Source: a virus
Virus record (IMG/VR): IMGVR_UViG_3300032285_001268
Coordinates: 1 to 64,000 of that record
Length of the DNA: 64,000 bases
Strand: one strand, 5' to 3'
The notes beneath the pieces are model-generated. The model had not been told where the DNA came from. It did not search any database and saw only the letters and a list, made by a program, of their open reading frames with translations. The translations under genes and the position numbers were made by a program. Shown here in pieces: positions 37,485 to 46,068 of the stretch. Within the stretch, counting starts at the first letter, position 1. Every line of letters begins with the position of its first letter.

Positions 37485-38965
37485 GTGATGGGTTACAGAG
37501 TTCTTAACACCGTAGACACGATGCGTGACAATTATGGAGCACGTAAAGGCCTAGAAGGTCCTTACAATTTCAACGGCAGAGTGCTTTACTATGATCCTAA
37601 GGAAGGTAAGTATTACGATCCCAGCACAGACTTCTACGTGAGTCATGACGAATATTTTCGGTTGACAGGCCTCATCTAAACCTGTATAATTATACACATA
37701 CACAGCAAGGAGCGAACCATGCAAGTACACTTTATCGACACAGGAACACAGCAAGACTATGGCTTCAAAGAAGTAGAAGTCCACAGCTTCAAAATGGATC
37801 ATGCTGATGCACCCTACGCCATCGTTAGCAACCCATTCTTTCCAGGAGACAGCCTACGGGCCGAGTATAACTTTTACAACGGTAGCCTGCAATGGACGGT
37901 TGACGTCAGTTGATTTTGGCAGTATAATTAACATATTAACAAGGAGCGAACCATGTACGATATAGTCCAAAACCCAATTCCATTCAATGGATTCTTTTAC
38001 ACACCAGAATCATTTGCCCAACTGCAAGAGCGCATCGAACAGTTGCCAGCAAAGGAACGAGCACTTGTCTACACATTCGTAACACAGGCTATGAATCTGT
38101 GCTATCGAGAAGTAGAAGACAAGATCTTAAGCCGTGAAATCTTTGCACAATAAGGAGCAGTTATGACTACAGCATTTGAAGCAGTTATCTACGCACTCTA
38201 CTACACATGGCCCATGTGGGCTTTCCTGGCCTTGCTGAGTCTAGCCCTGTTCGTAGAAGAAGGCATCAAAGCCTACAGCCTGCGCAAGATGGTTGACAAC
38301 CCCACGCTTTGGTAATATAATTAAGACTTAAACAGCAACAAGGAGCGAACCATGAAGCTAAACGAAACCCGCACCGTCCCATATGGCACCATCCAGTATG
38401 TAGAGGACGAGGACTTTGGCAAGTGCTATCTAGTGCGCCACAACTTCATCAAACGCGAGATCTTCGCTGACACAGTCAAAGAAGCCAAGCAAGAGCTGGA
38501 AGAACTGCAGAAGGAAATGTCAGAGCTGAACTCTGCTATCTCTAAGCTTCAACGCTATGGCTACAAGGTCTACAAAGAAGTTGACAGCCTGTACGCTTGA
38601 GCATATAATTAACACTTACTTAAACAACATTGGAGCGAACAATGATTACAGCAGAACAAATCCAAGCAGGCAAGACTCTAGCAGAAGCGGCTGGTCGTGC
38701 AGAGTACGCCAAATGGGGCGGTGACCGTGGTGCTTGTGGCTTTGCTTGGGTAGAGGTCTACGTGGACCGTACTAACAGCAAACAGGCCAAAGAGCTGATC
38801 AAGGCAGGCTTCCGCAAGGACTACAAACCAAAATGCTTGAGCATGTGGGATCCAGCAGGCTTGCCCGTGCAGAACATCGACATCAAAGAAGCAGGCGCTT
38901 ATGCCTATGCCAACTACCTTACAGCACTGGGCTTGCGGGCCTATGCGGGTAGCAGACTAGACTAA
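37485..38965 (+). other. six small early ORFs, most with own promoter and GGAGC(GAA) RBS
   Basis: 37485-37679, 37719-37913, 37953-38153, 38163-38315 (found by hand, hydrophobic), 38352-38600, 38642-38965. Confidence 0.7.
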
Positions 38966-39038
38966 CCAAAACGTTAGGGCACATGCCCTAACTGTAGTAT
39001 AATTAATTTATTAACAGCGTAACAAAGGAGCGTAACAA

Positions 39039-39920
39039 ATGGTAGGTAAAGTCGTAACTAGTAAGATGCTAATGGCACTACAGCAAGATACCAAAAGCCT
39101 GGCCCAAGAGCCAGTTAAGAAAGACATCAGCACAGAGACTGATGAGCAGATCCTCAACCGTCTGCGTGATCGCTTTGAGATCTTAGATGACATGACCCGT
39201 GCAGTCAAGAAGGGCGATGTACGTGCTATGATCGTCACAGGCCCTCCAGGTGTGGGCAAGAGCTTTGGCGTTGAGAAAGTACTCAGCAAGCACGATGTGT
39301 TCGCTAACGTAGCAGACGACAAGAAGCTGAAGAAGTACGAAGTGGTCAAGGGTGCGATGAGCGCCATTGGCCTGTACTCTAAACTCTACGAATACTCAGA
39401 TAAGAAGTCAATCCTAGTATTCGACGACTGTGATAGCGTATTGCTTGATGACCTTAGCTTGAACATCTTGAAAGCCGCTCTGGATACCAGCAAGCGCCGT
39501 ATGATCCATTGGAACACAGACTCTAGGCTCTTGCGTTCAGAGGGTGTGCCCAACTCATTCGAGTTCAAGGGTGGTGCTATCTTTATTACCAACATCAAGT
39601 TCGATCACGTCAAGAGCAAGAAGCTACAGGATCACTTGGAAGCACTAGAGTCACGTTGCCACTACCTAGACTTGACTATCGATACAGAGCGTGAGAAGGT
39701 CCTGCGCATCAAGCAGGTAGTTACCGAGCACGGTATGTTAGATGACTATGAGCTGTCAGATGAAGCCAAGCTGGATGTGGTTGCGTTCGTAGATGCCAAC
39801 AAGCATCGCATGCGTGAGCTGAGCTTGCGTACAGTACTTAAGGTAGCAGACCTTAGAGCTAGCTTCCCGGACAAGTGGACTAGCGTAGCAGAGGTTACTT
39901 GTATGCGTGGCAGCCGCTAG
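39039..39920 (+). CDS. AAA+ family ATPase
   Basis: Walker A GPPGVGKS, Walker B ILVFDDCD, sensor IFITN, ALESRC arginine finger. Confidence 0.85.
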   Translation: MVGKVVTSKMLMALQQDTKSLAQEPVKKDISTETDEQILNRLRDRFEILDDMTRAVKKGDVRAMIVTGPPGVGKSFGVEKVLSKHDVFANVADDKKLKKYEVVKGAMSAIGLYSKLYEYSDKKSILVFDDCDSVLLDDLSLNILKAALDTSKRRMIHWNTDSRLLRSEGVPNSFEFKGGAIFITNIKFDHVKSKKLQDHLEALESRCHYLDLTIDTEREKVLRIKQVVTEHGMLDDYELSDEAKLDVVAFVDANKHRMRELSLRTVLKVADLRASFPDKWTSVAEVTCMRGSR

Positions 39921-40090
39921 GGCTCAGACCCTACATGCCCGTGTAGAGTATACAGAGCAAGCCGGCCCAGACTGGCAGACTCTGTGCAGTGAGAACAACT
40001 GACGTGATTCGCTCCCACTAGGTTGTTCGGTAGTGTGGTCCCTGACACCGTAATTCCGATTCGCTCCCGGTTGTGTCAGGGATTTTTTTT
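39918..40090 (+). ncRNA. candidate sRNA with two identical AUUCGCUCC loops, ending in an intrinsic terminator
   Basis: GTG-ATTCGCTCC-CAC (40004-40018) and CCG-ATTCGCTCC-CGG (40056-40070); outer stems GAACAAC/GTTGTTC and CCCTGACAC/GTGTCAGGG; T8 tract 40083-40090. Confidence 0.7.
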
Positions 40091-40283
40091 GGCTGGGGTA
40101 ACCGGGGTGGTGGGGCCAATAGAGGGGTGGGAGGCTTATATGTTAGCAACTACTAACTTAGCTAGCTAGCGCATGGGTACCGAGCTTTTTTCCACCATCT
40201 AAAAGTTTAAGTACTTCTTTATAATTTTTTACGCGGCAATTTTTTTAGGCTGCAGGACCCATTTCGGGCTATATACTATTACT

Positions 40284-40466
40284 ATGAACAATCAAGACTA
40301 TAACCAAACTGTGCTTATACGTGGTCGTCTATATCGCTATGATCCGGACTTTGATGCCTATTATCGTGTACAGGAGCAGGAAGGTCCCGTGAGTCGTTGG
40401 GCTTGGATTGCCCTCTGTGCTCTGCTGGCCATCGTAGCTTTCTGCATAGAATTTCGTCCCCTATAA
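40284..40466 (+). CDS. small protein with C-terminal TM segment
   Basis: ORF track. Confidence 0.55.
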   Translation: MNNQDYNQTVLIRGRLYRYDPDFDAYYRVQEQEGPVSRWAWIALCALLAIVAFCIEFRPL

Positions 40467-40472
40467 GCTACT

Positions 40473-40697
40473 GTGCGCGAATACTACATACTCACGCTAG
40501 ATCCACGTGCCAGAGAAGTTATCACATGGATCGTTGATCACAATATCACCTGTGATGTACACCTTAATCGCACACGTTTTTGGGTTCCAGAAGGAGTATT
40601 ATCTACAGAGTTTCATCTACGCTTCAGTGACTGTTGTCCCCCTGTAGATCCCGCTGATGATCTACTCATTGGGCGCACACGCTACGGCCCATTCTAA
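40473..40697 (+). CDS. hypothetical protein
   Basis: ORF track. Confidence 0.55.
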   Translation: MREYYILTLDPRAREVITWIVDHNITCDVHLNRTRFWVPEGVLSTEFHLRFSDCCPPVDPADDLLIGRTRYGPF

Positions 40698-41047
40698 CCA
40701 GCCAAAAGAAAAGCTCCACGAATAGAGCTTAAGGTTGCGGGCACGACCCGTATAGATGATCAAATTTTTACAACACTATGCGTTTGGTGGATTCTCCAAA
40801 TGGCACATTAGTTTGGTTCTCTTATACATAGTATACCCTCCCCTTGTTGTAATAGTATTTACAGATTACACCTAGATTACCGCGTCAAATGGGCTCGTTT
40901 TGCTCCATTAGATCTTTAACCAAATCAGGCCAATTAGGTAGCCTAGGGCAAAAGAGTATACCCCCAATAGCATCAACGCTAGGGGATATAACCAGTGATT
41001 TTCTACTATTTCTTTCAGTGTCATATGATTATTTACTATATACTAGC

Positions 41048-41266
41048 ATGAACACGCACATTTGGCTCACTAAACTCATCGCAGGATTGATCAGCATCTT
41101 TCAAGCTAGTACCTTAAGGGATAGGTATTATTCAGCTCTAAACAGAGTAGAGATCCTGGAAACTGCCCTAGAGGACATAGCTCGTATAAGTGAGTCTAGG
41201 GTAGATTCTAGTGAACGGCACAGGCTGATCAAGGGTATATGCGATAGAGGACTGGATCGAGAGTGA
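41048..41266 (+). CDS. hypothetical protein
   Basis: C-terminal part of ORF 40889-41266; ATG at 41048 (MNTHIW) follows a TATACT element. Confidence 0.45.
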   Translation: MNTHIWLTKLIAGLISIFQASTLRDRYYSALNRVEILETALEDIARISESRVDSSERHRLIKGICDRGLDRE

Positions 41267-41354
41267 ATCTTACTGCTAGCGGAACGCTGTGTTTCGCGTT
41301 TTACCGCTACGCTACTTCGTAGCTAGTCTAAAATTTTTCCGCTCGGCTTCGCCC

Positions 41355-41966
41355 TTAAAAATTTGCTGGGCCGCTCCGCTTAGTGTAAACACTCATGCAG
41401 ACTCCATCATTCACGTGAGTGCGTTCCAAATACCAAGTAGGAGTGCGAGTAGCAATCTCAGCCAGCTGTTCCTGCTTGTGTATTAAGACTAGGTGTGCAT
41501 CGTCAGTGGTATAGGCATCAGCTGTGTCTAAGATATAGAACAGGTGTTCAAGTCCAGTGGCGCCTGCGATCACGCTGGCTTTCTTTAGATAGTCATGTGC
41601 TTGGGGCATGGCTGCCCATTCAGCTTCGGTATCGTGCGGGGGATTGCTCATGACTAGGTCAAACTTGGGTGTGGCCACTTCGGGCCAAAAATTTGTGACC
41701 GTGTGTACGTTTAGATTAAGGGTCAGTCTGTTGACTCCCACGCACTGTGCCAGGGGTAGGTCTGTGGCCCATATACCTGCTCGGGGCCATTGTTTTTCAG
41801 CCCATAGAGCCATACAGCCCGTGCCCGTGCCTAGATCGGCTACGGCCTGCTTGGGAGGTAGATCTTTAAGGTGATCTATTAGTTCAGCCAGTTGGGGTAG
41901 GGGTAGGACCACATGCTCGGTGGCTGTTAAGACAAAATCATTCCAGTGTACTTGATATTCCATCAT
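41355..41966 (-). CDS. SAM-dependent methyltransferase, PrmC/HemK-like
   Basis: ADLGTGTGCMAL, FDLVMSNPPH. Confidence 0.8.
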   Translation of the reverse strand: MMEYQVHWNDFVLTATEHVVLPLPQLAELIDHLKDLPPKQAVADLGTGTGCMALWAEKQWPRAGIWATDLPLAQCVGVNRLTLNLNVHTVTNFWPEVATPKFDLVMSNPPHDTEAEWAAMPQAHDYLKKASVIAGATGLEHLFYILDTADAYTTDDAHLVLIHKQEQLAEIATRTPTWYLERTHVNDGVCMSVYTKRSGPANF

Positions 41967-42011
41967 GTACTTATCGGCCTGACCCCCAGGGTAGATCTGA
42001 TCCTGAGCGGG

Positions 42012-42260
42012 CTAGCCCCACTGTAGTAGGAATAGGGTCTTGTTACGGCTCTGTCTAAATGCCACACAGGCCTGCCAGTATTCTTGTGCTTGACATGTTG
42101 AGTAGGCCCATTCTACCCAATGTGGGCCAGTGTACTTGGTCAGCCAGGATTCTAGTTCAGTGATGTTGTTGATCCAATCCTCTTGATAGTGCAAGGGACG
42201 GTGAGGCCATGGTACTATGGCTAGATGCTCAAAATTATGGTATTCAGGCAAATACATCAT
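42012..42260 (-). CDS. hypothetical protein
   Basis: ORF track; MMYLPEY start preferred because TAAATA lies at 42284-42289. Confidence 0.5.
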   Translation of the reverse strand: MMYLPEYHNFEHLAIVPWPHRPLHYQEDWINNITELESWLTKYTGPHWVEWAYSTCQAQEYWQACVAFRQSRNKTLFLLQWG

Positions 42261-42308
42261 ACAGTGATAGTTCAATGTACAAGTATTTAATTCCTGATGT
42301 CCTGCCAA

Positions 42309-43163
42309 TTAAGTGGTAGTTTTAAAATGCGCCTGTTGTGCCTGGCGTATCTTGGCCAATATGCCGGGATCTGTTGCACTGGCCTTGCGGTGTTCAGCTA
42401 AGAGTTCCGGGTCAATTTCGTAACTGCACCATTCCTGATCTCCTAGGGCAAGGTCGTTCAACATGTCGTCCAGGAATCCTTGACCTAGATCCACACGCTG
42501 ATCAGTCTCGAATGCCTCGGCTAGTTTATCGGTTAGGACCAGATGATTGCTCAAGCACAGATGATTGTAACGGAAATCCACATAGGTTATCAAGCGACTG
42601 TAGTAGTCCTTGCCAGCCAATTGGTCAGATTCATTTTCACTGACAGTACATAGATCACCCCAGCTGACATGTATACTGGGAAAACTTCTGCTGGCGCCTA
42701 TTTGAAATTGGAAACCCAGCAGGACCTGTGGCTTGCGCAGTCCCCTTATCTGTATCATCTGGCTTAGCCATGCCAGTCTTTGTTCTACGCTGTCTTGATC
42801 CAGCACTGGATCTTGTAGGCGCTCTGTATAGAGTTTGGCTGCTTCGAACCAAGGTTTCAACCCGATCTCTTTAAACTTCCAGATGTACTCGTAACGGCTA
42901 ATTTCCGGATAATCTCTGTGATACCATTTACGTGCAGGGTGCGTTAGTACTACCACTAGATAGTCTTCCGGTAGCATATCGGGTATCAGCTGATGCAGTT
43001 GACGCCAGGCCCATTCTTGGCTGGTTCCACGTTGGCTCTTGTTGACTATTTCTTCTACGCCCAGACTTTCAGCTAACCGGCACATCCAAGTGCGTGGGTC
43101 TATATCTTTGTCTTTTTCGGCTGCACTGCTGTAGCTGTCACCAATAATATACAGTTTGCTCAT
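42309..43163 (-). CDS. SGNH-hydrolase-like protein
   Basis: LYIIGDSYS, W...LAESLG...VNKSQRGTSQ, RYNHL. Confidence 0.65.
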   Translation of the reverse strand: MSKLYIIGDSYSSAAEKDKDIDPRTWMCRLAESLGVEEIVNKSQRGTSQEWAWRQLHQLIPDMLPEDYLVVVLTHPARKWYHRDYPEISRYEYIWKFKEIGLKPWFEAAKLYTERLQDPVLDQDSVEQRLAWLSQMIQIRGLRKPQVLLGFQFQIGASRSFPSIHVSWGDLCTVSENESDQLAGKDYYSRLITYVDFRYNHLCLSNHLVLTDKLAEAFETDQRVDLGQGFLDDMLNDLALGDQEWCSYEIDPELLAEHRKASATDPGILAKIRQAQQAHFKTTT

Positions 43164-43167
43164 GCAA

Positions 43168-43629
43168 TTAATTATCTTGCTTGACTGCGTCTCTGCTGTA
43201 GTATTGATAGTTTACTGATGTGGAATTTTCACGTAGGGTAACGGCACCGTTCTTATGATGGAAACGACGAGCCATTTCTGTCTGTGGACTGAGCGTGACA
43301 ATGGCCTTGATGTCCTTGTACTCTTGCTTGAGCCATTCAGCGGCCTGCTTGATTAACTTTTGACCTGCACCCGGACTATAACTCCAAATGGTGTAGAATA
43401 CTGCCACATCCTTGGTATGTCCCAGCTCGACTAGATCAGCTTCATCTTCTGGAATTTCTGTCAGCCACTGCATACAGGTAGCGGCCAAGATCTCTTCTCC
43501 TGCTTTTAGCAAGAGTATTTCGGCCGTTTCGTTAATACGTTGTTCCAACGGGATATGTGGTCGCACCGGATCATCTTTGATCACATGTGCTAGAGGATCA
43601 TTGAGGTCAGTGACGTGGTGCAGTTCCAT
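43168..43629 (-). CDS. GNAT-fold-like protein
   Basis: AVFYTIWSYSPGAGQKLIKQAAEWL...VTLSP...ARRFHHKNG. Confidence 0.55.
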   Translation of the reverse strand: MELHHVTDLNDPLAHVIKDDPVRPHIPLEQRINETAEILLLKAGEEILAATCMQWLTEIPEDEADLVELGHTKDVAVFYTIWSYSPGAGQKLIKQAAEWLKQEYKDIKAIVTLSPQTEMARRFHHKNGAVTLRENSTSVNYQYYSRDAVKQDN

Positions 43630-43677
43630 AAAGTTTTCCTTGATTATTATATGCGTATTTATTAATTCAAGGAAAAA

Positions 43678-45093
43678 TCAAAGGTCATCGCCTGGCAAGT
43701 TGTTGATCAACTCACGAAGTTTACTGCTCTCCACTGTGGCACGTACCTTGGGTGCTGGTGCACCATCTGTTAGTATTTCACCGGTACTTGGTACGATTGT
43801 TTGACGTTGTTTGATACTGTTGAGTAGACTTGATCCTGCCGATTGGCTGTTGTGACTACCGTACCCATCTTCTTCTGCTAGGTCACTGATGCGTAGACTG
43901 TCAATGTCAAACTCCAGATCAATTTTCTGTCCAACACCACTACTACTACGTGTCTTCATCAGTTGTATTTGATAGCGTCCACGCTCACGCATAGCACGGC
44001 TAGTAAAAATACCAAACACGTTATCTGCTGTTTGGATCTTACTTAATCCGCCTGAAATATGACTGTGGTCAAACTCTACTTCTTCCACAGCACCACGATT
44101 CAACTGTGCGGCTGTGACAAACACACAGTTCTTTTCTACTGCTAGATTACGCAGTTCTTCACTGACATACTTGTCCTTGATAAACAAGTCTGCTGGGCTG
44201 ATTTTCTTGCTGATAGGCATCAACAAGTCCAAGTAGTCAACTAAGAGTACATCGACCTTACGGTCCATCTTAATTTCATATTCTTTCAAATAACTACGGA
44301 GATCATTGGCTGTTTTGCCGCTGGGCATGTATTTGACTTGATAAGTTCCGCTCTTCTTACCAATCATTTTAACTTTCATTTCAACGTCATCAAGATTCTT
44401 AAAAATCTCTTTTGTAGGCATACCAGTTATCATAGCATCCATACGCATTGACACTAGTTCTTCTGAAAGTTCAAGTGTTAGGTACACGACATTTAGCCCT
44501 GCCAGTGCCCAGTTCACACCTAGGTTCGCTAGGAATAGCGATTTACCTGCACCTGATCCGCCTGCGAAAATATTCAATTCGCCTCTGTTCATACCACCGA
44601 ACAATTTGTCGTCTACTGATTTCCAACCTGTAGTAACTTGTCCGTTTTTATCTTTGATCTTCATTAGACGTGCTCTAGGGTCAGCAAAGTAATCTGTACC
44701 CATGTCTTTTTGCAGGCCTACCTGTATGGCCTGTTTGATCTTGTCTTCGACAGGACCGTATTCGCCTTTTTCCAGCAGGTCTGCACTTTCAAGAATTGCA
44801 CGTTCTAGACCTTTGTGTCGAATAAAGTTTTCAAACTCTACCAACAACCAATCGTAGTTCTTTTCTTTTAGATCTTGCGGATATTTGAGATCTACACCCA
44901 TTGCGGCATTGACGATATCATATGTGGGTAGCACATTGTATTCTTCAACGTACTTGTTGACAAACTCTGCACTTTCTTGCAAACGTCTATCAAATAGTGT
45001 GTGGTCAAAAATGCTTTGGCACCGAACAAATGTTGCGGCATCACTGAGCATCATTTCCAAGTATAATTTTTGTATATCGTAACCGTATTCCAT
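43678..45093 (-). CDS. gp41: replicative DNA helicase (DnaB / T4 gp41-like)
   Basis: GGSGAGKS, LTLELSEE, LVDYLDL, AAQLNR, MKTR. Confidence 0.92.
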   Translation of the reverse strand: MEYGYDIQKLYLEMMLSDAATFVRCQSIFDHTLFDRRLQESAEFVNKYVEEYNVLPTYDIVNAAMGVDLKYPQDLKEKNYDWLLVEFENFIRHKGLERAILESADLLEKGEYGPVEDKIKQAIQVGLQKDMGTDYFADPRARLMKIKDKNGQVTTGWKSVDDKLFGGMNRGELNIFAGGSGAGKSLFLANLGVNWALAGLNVVYLTLELSEELVSMRMDAMITGMPTKEIFKNLDDVEMKVKMIGKKSGTYQVKYMPSGKTANDLRSYLKEYEIKMDRKVDVLLVDYLDLLMPISKKISPADLFIKDKYVSEELRNLAVEKNCVFVTAAQLNRGAVEEVEFDHSHISGGLSKIQTADNVFGIFTSRAMRERGRYQIQLMKTRSSSGVGQKIDLEFDIDSLRISDLAEEDGYGSHNSQSAGSSLLNSIKQRQTIVPSTGEILTDGAPAPKVRATVESSKLRELINNLPGDDL

Positions 45094-45111
45094 GTGTATA
45101 TTATAATGCCT

Positions 45112-46068
45112 TTAGATATTGATTTCAAGATGTTTGACAGGATCCCAGTGCCAGTTCCACTCGCGCTGTTTAGTATGATACAGCACCGATCCAATTGCTG
45201 AACTAGGATCTCCTGGATTAGGCAAACTCCAACGATATTTGAACATAGGTTCAACATATTTCTTATTAGCACGACTGTTCATAGCACAACCGCCCATGTA
45301 GACCAAACAGTCGGCATTGGTATATAACTTGGCAGTGGTCATTACTAGTTCCACTTGTTCTTCAAATACCTGTTGTACAGCCGCGGCTAGATCGCATTGT
45401 TCTTGTAGTGTAGTTAGTTCACCGTGATCCCAATTCAATACACCACGATGAAAATTGGTGTTTAATTCTAGTACTGTACCTGGATTAAAATAACTTCTGA
45501 CATAGTGTAAGAATCTGTTCGGATCACCTTGTTCGGCCATTTGCTGTAGCAAGAATTCGTCTCGGATAGGAGTTAATCCAACAAACTGAGTAAACGCTGA
45601 ATAGAACAAGCCCAAACTATGTGGATAACTACGACTCCACACTTTGGTCATTTCGCCGTGGACGCAGTTCCAAATTGTGGCACATTCAAACTCTCCGATA
45701 GCATCTAACACTACCACTGCCGCATGATTAAATGGACTAGTATAGTAACCTGCTGCCGCATGGCTACCATGGTGAGGTGTGTATCTGACTTTTGCATATT
45801 TTAATGCATTCCTCTTGATCCATTTGCTGGGCAATACGTCCAAGTTGGCCGCAGTATGGTATTGGCCAGCATAGACTTGGCGAGCTTTTTTAACCCACGG
45901 ACGTTCGTACCAAAATATACTACTAGGTCCGCCTGCACGATCTAATGCGTTAGTGATTAGACGTCGATCCATCCGGTCATTACTACTGGTTTCAAAACTG
46001 ACTAATCTATCAGTAAACACAGCAATACTACTGCCGTGATTGAGTGCGTTTATGCCCCAGTAAGTCAT
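45112..46068 (-). CDS. carbamoyltransferase, N-terminal Kae1-like domain only (NodU/CmcH/TobZ family)
   Basis: WGINALNHGSS, HHGSHAAAGYYTSPF, LDAIGE, SLGLFY, DLAAAVQ, GGCAMNSRAN, PGDPSSAIG. Confidence 0.85.
   Translation of the reverse strand: MTYWGINALNHGSSIAVFTDRLVSFETSSNDRMDRRLITNALDRAGGPSSIFWYERPWVKKARQVYAGQYHTAANLDVLPSKWIKRNALKYAKVRYTPHHGSHAAAGYYTSPFNHAAVVVLDAIGEFECATIWNCVHGEMTKVWSRSYPHSLGLFYSAFTQFVGLTPIRDEFLLQQMAEQGDPNRFLHYVRSYFNPGTVLELNTNFHRGVLNWDHGELTTLQEQCDLAAAVQQVFEEQVELVMTTAKLYTNADCLVYMGGCAMNSRANKKYVEPMFKYRWSLPNPGDPSSAIGSVLYHTKQREWNWHWDPVKHLEINI

Larger units (their letters stand above)
27119..39003 (+). promoter_or_regulatory. array of about 25 sigma70-type early promoters
   Basis: TTGAC(A/T/G)-17-TA(T/C)(A/A)(A/C)T with -35 at 27119, 27324, 28321, 28667, 29284, 29538, 30364, 30583, 30888, 31207, 32051, 32471, 33077, 33416, 33740, 33963, 35015, 35434, 36244, 36694, 37433, 37662, 37900, 38293, 38581. 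Confidence 0.9.

Noticed and set aside
27119-39003. CRISPR array or integron attC array
   Set aside because: The recurring sequences are promoters and RBSs separated by ORFs of variable length; there are no constant-length repeats with unique spacers, no attC-type RYYYAAC/GTTRRRY pairs, and no cas or integrase gene in the window
40007-40067. TTCGCTCC copies as RBSs of minus-strand genes
   Set aside because: On the minus strand GGAGCGAAT is followed by CACGTC or CGGAAT (and at 34.9 kb by TAGTTA), with no start codon at RBS distance
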